Origin: an archaeon GW2011_AR15
Lineage (GTDB): Archaea > Nanobdellota > Nanobdellia > Woesearchaeales > GW2011-AR15
Direction: 5' to 3'
Assembly: GCA_000830295.1 (NCBI GenBank)
Contig: CP010425.1
Coordinates: 896,001-960,000 of the forward strand
Length of the DNA stretch: 64,000 bases
Below, piece by piece: positions 10,089 to 19,497 of the stretch. Under the pieces are notes generated by a model, which had not been told where the DNA came from, did no database searches, and saw only the letters and a list, made by a program, of their open reading frames with translations. Within the stretch, counting starts at the first letter, position 1. Each line of letters begins with the position of its first letter. Position numbers and translations under genes: made by a program.

Positions 10089-10586
10089 ATGACAGACATA
10101 AAGATGAGCCTTGAAGAAAGAGCAGCTTTTATAGACCAATTTTTTGACGGAAAAACCCCGGGCTATTTGTGGTACAATATCGGTCCTGTTGAAGAGGGGA
10201 AGTACGATATTACCCCGATACAGGAGCAGACAAAATGCGGAAAAAACTTTGGGGATGTAGAGATACACACAGTTTATCCTGATTTCAGCTTTGAGAATCC
10301 CGTAGAATTAGGTGTTCCAGAATATAGGGAAAAAAAGCCATGGTGGATGAATATTGCCAACCTTGTAGGAAAAGGAGATACCGCCCTAAGGGTAAGAGGG
10401 CCGGGGGAAGTCCCGCTCACACTTGATTTTATCGGAAGGCAGCCTGAACTATATGAAGTTAATGGCAGAATTAAAGAAAAGCACGCAGGTGCAAACTTTG
10501 CCCAGATGATTGCATGGGGTCCTGAAAGCAAAAAGGAGCTGGCAGAATCATTCGGATTTAAATATGACTTACACAATAGCAGGTGA
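10089..10586 (+). CDS. hypothetical protein, paralog of 9457-9996
   Basis: GGTGA SD; blocks FFDGKTPGYLWYNIG, LGVPEYR, GKGDTAL, NFAQMIAWGP. Confidence 0.75.
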   Translation: MTDIKMSLEERAAFIDQFFDGKTPGYLWYNIGPVEEGKYDITPIQEQTKCGKNFGDVEIHTVYPDFSFENPVELGVPEYREKKPWWMNIANLVGKGDTALRVRGPGEVPLTLDFIGRQPELYEVNGRIKEKHAGANFAQMIAWGPESKKELAESFGFKYDLHNSR

Positions 10587-10590
10587 AAAA

Positions 10591-11661
10591 ATGCAGAAAA
10601 AAGTCATGATTAATGGGGCTGCAGGAAGGATTGGAAGGGCAGTTACATACGAAATTATGAAGGCAAGAAAGCTTGGAGAGGGGATGCTTGAACCTGCAGT
10701 TCTTAATGATATAGTTGGAATTGACGGGATTGTAGCAAGCCTGTCAGGAAACGACAGCGTTCACGGCAAATTCGACTGGAACATTGCAAAGGTTGACGAC
10801 TTCACAATAGAAATAGACGGGCTAAGAGCACGGGTGTATTCAGGAGTGGACATTAAGACTATCCCTTTTGCGGATTTGGGTGTTGATATTGTAGAGGAGT
10901 GCACAGGCCGCTACGGGGATGATAAGAAAAACCCGGGGATTAGAAAAAGCGAAGATTTCCTTTATGCAGGTGCAAAAAAGGTTGTCCAGTCATATCTGGC
11001 AAAGAGATCCTCTGATGTTGTTCTTGTTATGGGTGCAAACCATGAGATTTATAATCCTGAAAAGCACCATATCATTTCAAACGGCTCATGCACAACAAAA
11101 GCAATTGCAGCACCTTTGCGTGTATTGCTAGATGAAGGGATTAATATTGCAGGACTCTATATGAGCACAGTCCATGCAGCAACAGTTTCCCAAAAGACTT
11201 TAAAAGTGCTTTCCGGCGTCTATACACACACGACAGGGGCTGCACAAGCAACCAGCATACTCTTCCCACAGTTAGAGGGCAGGATGGACGGAATGTCATA
11301 CAGGGTCCCGATTCTTGACGGAAGCATTGCCGAGGTGAACATGGTGGCATGGTATAAAGGCCAGCTTACAGCTGAATCCATAAATGAAGCCATGCTAAAA
11401 GCCGAGAGCAACCCGGCATATGCAGGCAGGATTAGCACACTTAAAAGCAATGATGAAGGCGAGATACAGGTTAAAGAGGACATAGTCGGAAGAACAGAGA
11501 ACGGACTTGTTATCCTGGACGAAACAAGGGCCATGCCAATAGAGGGAGCCAGCAGCGAGAAGGGCAATCTTTATTTCATAAAACTATTATCCGGCTACGA
11601 CAACGAGAGGGGCCCTCCGAAAGATCAGGTTAAGCTTACTGAGTATATTGCACAGTTTTAA
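10591..11661 (+). CDS. divergent type I (bacterial-like) glyceraldehyde-3-phosphate dehydrogenase family protein
   Basis: INGAAGRIGR, DSVHGKF, VDIVEECTG, SNGSCTT (catalytic Cys), TVHA, TTGAA, YRVP, YDNE; ATG 10591 with AGGTGA SD. Confidence 0.85.
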   Translation: MQKKVMINGAAGRIGRAVTYEIMKARKLGEGMLEPAVLNDIVGIDGIVASLSGNDSVHGKFDWNIAKVDDFTIEIDGLRARVYSGVDIKTIPFADLGVDIVEECTGRYGDDKKNPGIRKSEDFLYAGAKKVVQSYLAKRSSDVVLVMGANHEIYNPEKHHIISNGSCTTKAIAAPLRVLLDEGINIAGLYMSTVHAATVSQKTLKVLSGVYTHTTGAAQATSILFPQLEGRMDGMSYRVPILDGSIAEVNMVAWYKGQLTAESINEAMLKAESNPAYAGRISTLKSNDEGEIQVKEDIVGRTENGLVILDETRAMPIEGASSEKGNLYFIKLLSGYDNERGPPKDQVKLTEYIAQF

Positions 11662-11731
11662 TTTATTTATTACTTAACAGTAGTTAAAAAATAGAAAGAT
11701 TTATATAGTTACATCTTCTAATTTATTTCAG

Positions 11732-12187
11732 GTGATAAAGATGAACCTTACTTCAAGACTAAGAAAAGGCGCTGTTATTACAGGACTTGTAGCAATAATC
11801 GGCGGAACAGTGCTTGGAGCATGCGCTCCAATGCAGCCATACCAGTTTGAAGCTGGTGATAGGGTTCAGGTTATTAATGGCAATTTAGCATACGCCCCAT
11901 TTTCAGAAGGAAACAGATATGACCCGCCCGGAGAGGGCAAGACTATAGGGGAATACGCACAGGTCCCTGATGGTGCAACCTGCATGGTAACTGACAGGAT
12001 GCCATATGCAGGAGAAGGCAATGAATTTGAAAGATGGTATAAATTAGACTGCCGTGAAGAAGTTCCTGAAATCGATTTGGCTGGTCTTTGCTTTCATCCT
12101 ATTAAAGGATCTATTAAACCAAGCAATTGCGGCGAAGAGCCGGTTGGATATGCACCTGAAGATAATCTAAGACCAATACAAAAATAA
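11732..12187 (+). CDS. putative lipoprotein with SH3-like beta domain
   Basis: Basic N-region, hydrophobic core, LGAC lipobox; GDRVQV..WYKL..GYAPEDNL pattern. Confidence 0.6.
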   Translation: MIKMNLTSRLRKGAVITGLVAIIGGTVLGACAPMQPYQFEAGDRVQVINGNLAYAPFSEGNRYDPPGEGKTIGEYAQVPDGATCMVTDRMPYAGEGNEFERWYKLDCREEVPEIDLAGLCFHPIKGSIKPSNCGEEPVGYAPEDNLRPIQK

Positions 12188-12198
12188 AAGAGGCAAAA

Positions 12199-12525
12199 AT
12201 GACACTAAACGCAAAACTGAAAACTGGCATTTTGGCAGCAGGGCTTGCTGCAACTGTCTTGACAGCATGTAGCGGCCAGGGAGAGAGAATACTTGAAAGA
12301 GAAAGGCAGTCTGGCTTACAGGTTGAAGTCCTTGCTAACAACTATTGTAATGCCCCTCCCAGGCTTCCAGACCAAAACCTATGGTATTATGAAGTCATTG
12401 TGGAAAGAGAGGCAAACGAAAATAATCAGGAGAGATTCTCTGTGATTGCCCTTCAATATGATGGCCGTGATTATTCCTGTACAGGACCATGGCAGGATAT
12501 TGGATATTCACCACAAACACCTTAA
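12199..12525 (+). CDS. putative lipoprotein
   Basis: Signal peptide ending in LTAC lipobox; GAGG SD. Confidence 0.6.
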   Translation: MTLNAKLKTGILAAGLAATVLTACSGQGERILERERQSGLQVEVLANNYCNAPPRLPDQNLWYYEVIVEREANENNQERFSVIALQYDGRDYSCTGPWQDIGYSPQTP

Positions 12526-12597
12526 TTTTTCTTTATTTATTCAAAACAATTATATATTAGCGCGTCTTAAGATTCTAAAACAACGTGGGGTGGTAGA

Positions 12598-13050
12598 ATG
12601 TATCTGAATTTAATATCTTTACAGGCAGGCCCTGAGTGGTATGGGCCCTTGGGGATGGGATTCCTCGGCTTTATGCTAGGTTCAATGCTTCTGATGTTTG
12701 CGCTGCTTGTCGGGCTGTATGTGTATACAAGCTTTACTCTGATGAAAGTAGCTGAAAGGCTGAAGACGAAGCCAGCATGGCTGGCATGGGTGCCAATAGG
12801 AAATCTTTATCTGATGTCCAAAATGGCAAAAATGCAGTGGTGGCCTATACTGCTCCTGCTGGCATGGTGGATACCGGTTCTGGGACAGGTGGCATTCCTG
12901 GTGTTTGCAGTTTTCGCATTCATATGGATGTGGAAAATCCTTGAGGCAAGAAAAAGGCCCGGCTGGTGGTCGCTCTTTGCGCTCATACCTATGGTCGGAT
13001 TGATATGGTATCTTGTGATGTGGGGAATACTTGCCTGGTCCAAGAAATAA
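12598..13050 (+). CDS. DUF5684-like membrane protein
   Basis: WLAWVPIGNLY and GWWSLFALIP motifs; hydrophobic. Confidence 0.65.
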   Translation: MYLNLISLQAGPEWYGPLGMGFLGFMLGSMLLMFALLVGLYVYTSFTLMKVAERLKTKPAWLAWVPIGNLYLMSKMAKMQWWPILLLLAWWIPVLGQVAFLVFAVFAFIWMWKILEARKRPGWWSLFALIPMVGLIWYLVMWGILAWSKK

Positions 13051-13087
13051 GCAATTTTATTTTAACTTTATTTTTCTTTAATCTTTC

Positions 13088-14995
13088 TCAGAATTCAAAT
13101 CTTATGACGTCCCTGTAAAGCTTCTCATGGCAAATATGGAGCCTCTCTACAAGCTCATGGCTATTTGAGGCATGCCTTATCTGCCTCAGCATATCTATGA
13201 CCCTTCTTATCAGCCTTATAAGGTCGCCTTCCTCCAGGCTGCTCAGTTCCAGGAGATTCCTGAAATCCGTTCCAGCTGTAAAATCGCCTATTACCCTTAC
13301 CATCCTCTTCACATAGAGCTTATTCAGGTTTTTTGAGACATAGCTTCTTTTAGAAATGACTCTCATTATATGGGCATAAGTCTTATCTATACCTTTCAGC
13401 GAGAAATAGTCTTTTCTTCTCGGCTCGTATATTGCAGCAGCGACCAGTACGTTTATTTCTTCATCAGACAGCTCCTTGTAGATATTATCTGCAAACATTT
13501 CCGTCACGAGAAGCTCGTTTGAATATATCTTTGTGGCAAAAAGCCCCTTGTCAGAAAGGCCCTCTCCCTGGATGTAGCCCATACTTTTCAGTATCTTGAC
13601 TTTGTGGTTGTAAGAAGACATCACCCTTACCTGCCTGTTGCTCTGCTGCCTTCTTATGAAATAATCAAAGTTCATCTTCAGGATAATCTCCCTTTCCTCG
13701 GGAGTGTGGTTGTTTATGAGATTGAGGACAGTGTTGAAGCTGAGCTTGAACTGAGATTGGATAGGGATATCGTCTTTTGTAGAAATTTCTTTTATCTTCT
13801 GGAAATTCGTGTGCACCCTGTCAATCATCACAATTGCATAGCCAATCTTATCTATCCCCCTTCTTCCAGCCCTTCCGGCCAGCTGGAAATACTCCTTTGA
13901 ATTCACATACCTGAATGTAATGCCGTCATACTTTTCAACAGAGGCAAAGCATACTGTCTTCGCAGGCATGTTTATGCCGACAGCAAAAGTTTCTGTGGCA
14001 TAAAGCACTTTTATCAGGCCTTCTGAAAACAGCACTTCAACAAGCTCTTTTGCCTTCGGAAGCACGCCGGCATGATGGAAAGCAATCCCGTGCGACAGCG
14101 CCTGCTTCAGCTTCTGGATGCTTAAGAGAGACCTGTATTCGCTGGAGATGAGCGTGTTAGACATTTCTATTATGTACTTTCTATCTTTGTCGCTGAGGAA
14201 ATTTTTTTTCTTTGCGAGCTCTAATGCCTTATCCTCGCAGTCCTTTCTTGAAAAGCTGAAAAATATGCAGGGCAGCTTGTCTTCTATTTTCCTTATCAGG
14301 TCAATGTGTGATGACTTCTGGATTCCTCTTCCCTTGTTTTTTTTCGCCTGCTGCTTAAGAAATTCAGTCGTTGACCTGTCTTTCATTATATTTTCTATCT
14401 TGGTGACGCCAAGATGGGTATCGTATACAAAGTGTTCAAGCGGCACAGCCCTTTTGCTGTATTTCACCACATCAACCGTATGCTTTTTTATGCTTTCTAT
14501 CCAGTCTGCAAACTCCCGGGCATTTGGTATTGTTGCAGAAAGGCAGAGGAACCTGACATGCTCTGGCGAGAAGATTATTGATTCTTCCCATACTGTGCCC
14601 CTTTCTATATCATTTATGTAGTGGATCTCGTCAAAAATCACATAGGACACATGCTCGATTATAGGGTCCTTCGTAAGAAGCATGTTCCTGTATATTTCTG
14701 TTGTCATTATCAGCACAGGGGCCTCTGCATTGATTACGATGTCGCCGGTCATTATGCCAATATTGCTTTCCCCGTGGTCCCTCTTGAAATCCCTGTACTT
14801 CTGGTTGGAAAGGGCCTTTATAGGAGCAGTGTAGACAATCCTTCGCCTGCCCTGTATATACTTGTCAATTATATAATCTGCAATAAGCGTCTTTCCTGTT
14901 CCGGTTGCAGCAGACACAACAACTGAATGGCCTTTTTCTATTGATTCAATTGATTCAACCTGGAATGGGTCAAGAATAAAATTTTTGAATTTCAT
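13088..14995 (-). CDS. Ski2/HelY-like DEAD/DEAH RNA helicase with DSHCT-like C-terminus
   Basis: LDPFQ, TGTGKT, PIKALSNQKY, DEIHY..RGTVWEE, LSATIPN, FHHAG, ATETFAVGINMPA, QLAGRAGRRG, EGDLIR. Confidence 0.9.
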   Translation of the reverse strand: MKFKNFILDPFQVESIESIEKGHSVVVSAATGTGKTLIADYIIDKYIQGRRRIVYTAPIKALSNQKYRDFKRDHGESNIGIMTGDIVINAEAPVLIMTTEIYRNMLLTKDPIIEHVSYVIFDEIHYINDIERGTVWEESIIFSPEHVRFLCLSATIPNAREFADWIESIKKHTVDVVKYSKRAVPLEHFVYDTHLGVTKIENIMKDRSTTEFLKQQAKKNKGRGIQKSSHIDLIRKIEDKLPCIFFSFSRKDCEDKALELAKKKNFLSDKDRKYIIEMSNTLISSEYRSLLSIQKLKQALSHGIAFHHAGVLPKAKELVEVLFSEGLIKVLYATETFAVGINMPAKTVCFASVEKYDGITFRYVNSKEYFQLAGRAGRRGIDKIGYAIVMIDRVHTNFQKIKEISTKDDIPIQSQFKLSFNTVLNLINNHTPEEREIILKMNFDYFIRRQQSNRQVRVMSSYNHKVKILKSMGYIQGEGLSDKGLFATKIYSNELLVTEMFADNIYKELSDEEINVLVAAAIYEPRRKDYFSLKGIDKTYAHIMRVISKRSYVSKNLNKLYVKRMVRVIGDFTAGTDFRNLLELSSLEEGDLIRLIRRVIDMLRQIRHASNSHELVERLHICHEKLYRDVIRFEF

Positions 14996-15109
14996 ACAAT
15001 CTAGCCTTTTTTACTTCTTTAAAATAGTTTGCCTTTTTTCAGGCAGCCGGCAGCGAAGGAGATTGCATAAGTTTTAAATAAGCACTCCAATTATCCAGCA
15101 GAGGGGAAA

Positions 15110-16378
15110 ATGGAAATAATATCTGATTTGCATCTTCATTCAAAATACAGCAGGGCATGCTCCAAAGACCTTGATATCAGGAATATGGAGAAATATGCCA
15201 GGATAAAGGGGGTCAATCTTATGGGAACAGGGGATTTCCAGCACCCTGAATGGCAGAAGGAACTGAAAAAAGAGCTGGCAGAAGATGGCACGGGAATACT
15301 GAGGACAAAGACAGGTTTCCCTTTTATGCTGACAAGCGAGATTTCCCTTATCTATTCACAAGGCGGAAAGGGAAGAAAAGTCCATAATGTGATATGGTGC
15401 AAAAGCCTTGAAATCGCTTCGCAGGTTTCTCAGGCATTGCTTAAGCATGGCAGGATTGATTATGACGGAAGGCCGATATTCGGCATGACCTGCCCTGAAT
15501 TTGTTGACCTTATGAAGGGCGTTGACGAAGACATAGAGATAATTCCCGCGCACATCTGGACGCCGTGGTTCAGCCTGTTCGGAAGCAATTCAGGATTTGA
15601 TTCTGTTAGGGAGGCATTCGGTGACAGGATAGACAAGATACATGCAGTTGAGACAGGCCTGTCTTCAGACCCGGAAATGAACTGGAGGCTCTCGCAGCTT
15701 GACAGGTTCGCTGTTGTAAGCTTTTCAGACAGCCACAGCTTCTGGCCGTGGAGGCTTGGAAGGGAGGCAACAGTGTTTGAGCTTGAAGAGCTGACTTATG
15801 GTAACATAATAAAAGCGCTGAGGACAAAAAAAGGCCTGAAGGAAACAATTGAGGTTGACCCCGGATATGGAAAATACCATTATGACGGCCACAGGAACTG
15901 CAATGTTTCCCTGAGCCCGAGAGAATCGAACAGACTCAATAAACTCTGCCCCAAATGCGGAAGGCCTCTTACAATAGGGGTTGAGAACAGGGTCGAAGAG
16001 CTGGCAGACAGGCCTGTTGGGTATAAGCCTGAAACTCCAATCCCATTCAAAAAATATATTCCTCTTTCAGAACTTATTTCAGCAGCCGCAGGAAAAGCTG
16101 TGGCAACAAAAGCAGTCTGGGCTGAATATTACAAGCTGGTCGGAAAACTTGGAAGTGAGTATGATGTTCTCAGGGCAGTTCCTGAAAAGGAGCTTGAGAA
16201 ACACGCAGGAAAAAAACTGGCTGAAGTCATTATGAAAAACAGGAACCAGCAGATTAAAGTCACTCCCGGATATGACGGCGTTTATGGAGTGCCTATAATT
16301 GATGAGAGCCAGAAGATCGAGCAGCCCGAGGTTGACATAAGAGACAGGCAGAAAGGACTGCAGGATTATATGTCCTGA
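15110..16378 (+). CDS. PHP-domain endonuclease Q family protein with Zn finger
   Basis: DLHLHSKYS, GTGD, PAHIWTPWFS, ETGLSSD, SDSHS, GKYHYDGHRNC, CPKCG, GYDGVYG. Confidence 0.85.
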   Translation: MEIISDLHLHSKYSRACSKDLDIRNMEKYARIKGVNLMGTGDFQHPEWQKELKKELAEDGTGILRTKTGFPFMLTSEISLIYSQGGKGRKVHNVIWCKSLEIASQVSQALLKHGRIDYDGRPIFGMTCPEFVDLMKGVDEDIEIIPAHIWTPWFSLFGSNSGFDSVREAFGDRIDKIHAVETGLSSDPEMNWRLSQLDRFAVVSFSDSHSFWPWRLGREATVFELEELTYGNIIKALRTKKGLKETIEVDPGYGKYHYDGHRNCNVSLSPRESNRLNKLCPKCGRPLTIGVENRVEELADRPVGYKPETPIPFKKYIPLSELISAAAGKAVATKAVWAEYYKLVGKLGSEYDVLRAVPEKELEKHAGKKLAEVIMKNRNQQIKVTPGYDGVYGVPIIDESQKIEQPEVDIRDRQKGLQDYMS

Positions 16379-16381
16379 ATT

Positions 16382-17023
16382 CTAGTTTGTGCTCTCTTTT
16401 TCTTCAGAAAAGAAGCCATGCCTGAGCTTGTGGAACAGGCTCAGCACAAACTCAAGGAGGACTATCGCTATCAGATACTGGACTATTATATGCGTGAATA
16501 AGGGCAGGGACATGAACTTCTCGATTGTGGTTTCAATGGAAAAATAAGTTGTATCAACTATAAAAATACCAAGCAGCACAAAAGGCACGAGCTTGGCAAC
16601 CTCCTTTGACAGTTCCTCATTATAATATGCTGTTATCCTTGAAACCACAATGACTGTCATTGAAATAAGCAGCACAGTAGCTACTTCATGGCTTTTTGAA
16701 AGGAAAAGCAGGAAGCCGCCTAAAATAAGGAACCATAATGCCGTTATTAATGGGTATATCACAAGGGACTTCACTATAAATACCACAACCCCCCAGGCAC
16801 TGACAAAAAATGCAAAGAAATTATTTTTTGGTTTTTTGAGCTTTATGCTTATTATCTCTCTTTTTGCCAGGTGCCTGTAGAAATGCCATATGACAACAAC
16901 ATAGATAAACATCCCCAGGGAATAGAGAGCCAGGTTTGTCAGGTTGCTCCCAATATCTTTTGTTATAAGCTCAGGAAGAGCAGAAAAATAAGTTGAGTTT
17001 AGGAATGAAGTAAAGTCAACCAT
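16382..17023 (-). CDS. hypothetical membrane protein
   Basis: 213-aa ORF with about 5 TM segments. Confidence 0.7.
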   Translation of the reverse strand: MVDFTSFLNSTYFSALPELITKDIGSNLTNLALYSLGMFIYVVVIWHFYRHLAKREIISIKLKKPKNNFFAFFVSAWGVVVFIVKSLVIYPLITALWFLILGGFLLFLSKSHEVATVLLISMTVIVVSRITAYYNEELSKEVAKLVPFVLLGIFIVDTTYFSIETTIEKFMSLPLFTHIIVQYLIAIVLLEFVLSLFHKLRHGFFSEEKESTN

Positions 17024-17106
17024 GAAATAAAAATTGATACAATGGTATATAAATATTTCTCTTCAATTCCTTAACTTTAAATATAAAATTTAGTTCCCGC
17101 AAATTT

Positions 17107-18150
17107 ATGAGCGATGAAGAAAGTCTTGAGGAAAAGATTGCAGCGATTGGAAAAAGAACCAAGAGCATGCTCAGCGATTTTCATGTTCTTCTTAAATCAG
17201 GAGATTTTAAGGGCATATATGTCCCTGAATTCATACAGTTTGAGACTATGTGGCTGGAGCTTGGGTTCTATATTGACAGGTACAACATACTATATCATGA
17301 AAGGACAATAGCCAGTGATGATATCAAGGAAGGAAGCCTTGGCATATTCCTGCTGAACCAGAACAAATGGGGATACAGGAAGCTTTTGAAGCACAATTTC
17401 CGTAATCACCTGGCAAAAAGAAAACTGCTCCATAGCAGGGTTAAATTTACATCTCCGGATAAATACCTTGAGACAGTAGAAGATTACCTAAATAATACTG
17501 AATCTATGATACTCAAACTTTCCCAGGGGGATGTGCAGCATAATATAAAATACCTGTCTGAATCAATTGCAAAAAAAGGAGAGGCCAATTATCTCAGCGA
17601 GCTTGAGAAATTTCTCAATGGATTAAAGGAAGAATTCGCTCTTCTGGATAGAGACAATGAGTATGGTATGACAGATGAGAACAGGCGAAAGCTCGGCATG
17701 ATTGGATTTGACCTGAATTCCGAAGGGACGGCCTACAGCACAAAAGTGGAATACCGTCCTGTAGGCTCTCTAGAGATTCTTGCCAACAAGTCTACTTTTG
17801 ATGTCAGGTTCAGCAATTATAGCATGCATGATAGGATTGCAATAATAAATAATGACAATTATCCATGCCTTCCGGAGCGGCATGTCTCAGGCAGGATAGA
17901 CATTTCAGAATATCCCGGAAATTATGAGATTAACATCTATTCAGCATCAGGATACTCAGTCCTTAAACTTTTAAACTTTATAGGGCAGGACAATACCATA
18001 GATTTTCAGAGGCCCGGCAATATACAGGTATATGTAAACGGGATTAATAACAGGGTGTATACGCAGAGCATGATAAATATCAAGATGAACAAGCACCCGA
18101 GCAACCAGATATTAAATGAGACATTAAAGGAAAAAAAGCAGAGAAAATAA
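17107..18150 (+). CDS. hypothetical protein
   Basis: 347-aa ORF, no recognised motif; TATA-like TTTAAATA upstream. Confidence 0.65.
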   Translation: MSDEESLEEKIAAIGKRTKSMLSDFHVLLKSGDFKGIYVPEFIQFETMWLELGFYIDRYNILYHERTIASDDIKEGSLGIFLLNQNKWGYRKLLKHNFRNHLAKRKLLHSRVKFTSPDKYLETVEDYLNNTESMILKLSQGDVQHNIKYLSESIAKKGEANYLSELEKFLNGLKEEFALLDRDNEYGMTDENRRKLGMIGFDLNSEGTAYSTKVEYRPVGSLEILANKSTFDVRFSNYSMHDRIAIINNDNYPCLPERHVSGRIDISEYPGNYEINIYSASGYSVLKLLNFIGQDNTIDFQRPGNIQVYVNGINNRVYTQSMINIKMNKHPSNQILNETLKEKKQRK

Positions 18151-18153
18151 GAT

Positions 18154-19431
18154 TTATTTTTTCTTTCCGATTACTTTGACCGGCATGTATGGGTGCAGTG
18201 CCTTTGGTACATCAAAGCTGCCGTCCTTGTTCTGGTAATTCTCCATGATTGCAACGATTGCCCTTGATGTCGCGATTGCAGTTGAGTTAAGGGTATGGAC
18301 AAATTTCCTGTCATTACCTTCCTGATATTTTGTATTCAGCCTTCTTGCCTGGTAGTCTGTGCAGTTGCTGCATGAGACAGCCTCCCTGTATGTCTTTTGT
18401 GCGGGCATCCACACTTCAATATCATATTTCTTTGCTGCAATCCCGCCCATGTCGCCGGTACAGACGTTCACAACTCTATACGGCAGCTTTAATTTCTGGA
18501 ATATCTCCTCCGCGTTTTTCAGCAGCTCCTCGTGGAGCTTCCATGAATCCTTTTCGCTTGAGAAAACAAACTGCTCAACCTTGTGGAAATGGTGGACCCT
18601 GAAAATCCCCTTTGTATCTTTCCCGTGGCTTCCGGCCTCTTTCCTGAAGCATGGCGATACTCCTGCATATTTCAGGGGAAGGTCTTTCAGCTCGAGGGTT
18701 TCATTCATATGATAAGGGCCTATTGAATGCTCTGAGGTTGCTATAAAATAGAGGTCTTCTCCTTCAACCTTATACATTACTTCTTCAAAATCGCCCATGG
18801 AGACCATCGCAGAATATGGTGCTTTCCTCATCATATATGGCGGCTCCATAAGTATGAATCCTTTGCTGTAGAGATGGTCAAGCGCAAATTTAAGAAGTGC
18901 ATAATCAAGAAGGACAAGCTCGTTTTTCAGGTAATAAAACCTTGACCCTGCGATTTCAGAAGCCTTTGCAGTGTCTGCAAGGCCTTTTTCCTCAAGCAGG
19001 TCAACGTGGCTCTTCAGCGGGAAATCAAACTTTGGCTTCTCGCCCCATGTCTTTATTGTCTTGTTCTGGGAATCATCTGCTCCGACAGGAACTGACTCAT
19101 GCAGGATATTCGGGAGCAAAAACATTATCTGGTCTATCCTGCCTTTTAGCTCTTCTGTTTTTTCCTGCTGCTTCTTTATCTTATCAGGTATGTCTTTCAC
19201 AAGCTTTAACTTCTCAGCAGCATCTTTCCCCTGCTTCTTCAGGTCAGCGACTTCCTGGCTGAGTATATTCCTCCTGTGTCTCAGCTTCTGCTCTTCCTGC
19301 AGGGATTCCCTCCATTCCACATCAAGCTTCCTTACTTCCTCAAGCTTTTTCAGGAGGTCCGGCCTGTCCCTTTTTTCCAGGTCTTTTTTTATTATCTCAG
19401 GAGTTTCTCTTACAAGTCTGATATCAAGCAT
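18154..19431 (-). CDS. serS: seryl-tRNA synthetase
   Basis: MLDI start, coiled-coil arm, ATSEH, FRKEAG..GIFRVHHFHKVEQF, SCSNCTDYQARR, HTLNSTA. Confidence 0.96.
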   Translation of the reverse strand: MLDIRLVRETPEIIKKDLEKRDRPDLLKKLEEVRKLDVEWRESLQEEQKLRHRRNILSQEVADLKKQGKDAAEKLKLVKDIPDKIKKQQEKTEELKGRIDQIMFLLPNILHESVPVGADDSQNKTIKTWGEKPKFDFPLKSHVDLLEEKGLADTAKASEIAGSRFYYLKNELVLLDYALLKFALDHLYSKGFILMEPPYMMRKAPYSAMVSMGDFEEVMYKVEGEDLYFIATSEHSIGPYHMNETLELKDLPLKYAGVSPCFRKEAGSHGKDTKGIFRVHHFHKVEQFVFSSEKDSWKLHEELLKNAEEIFQKLKLPYRVVNVCTGDMGGIAAKKYDIEVWMPAQKTYREAVSCSNCTDYQARRLNTKYQEGNDRKFVHTLNSTAIATSRAIVAIMENYQNKDGSFDVPKALHPYMPVKVIGKKK

Positions 19432-19497
19432 TATTCTCTCACCATAGTGTGTTGTGAAACATACAGCATATTAAAATCTTTTTGAAAAAGGAGGGTC

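Noticed and set aside
19430-19480. Leader peptide for serS analogous to the ileS leader
   Set aside because: The short uORFs (MVRE, MFHNTLW) contain no Ser codons and no hairpin was seen
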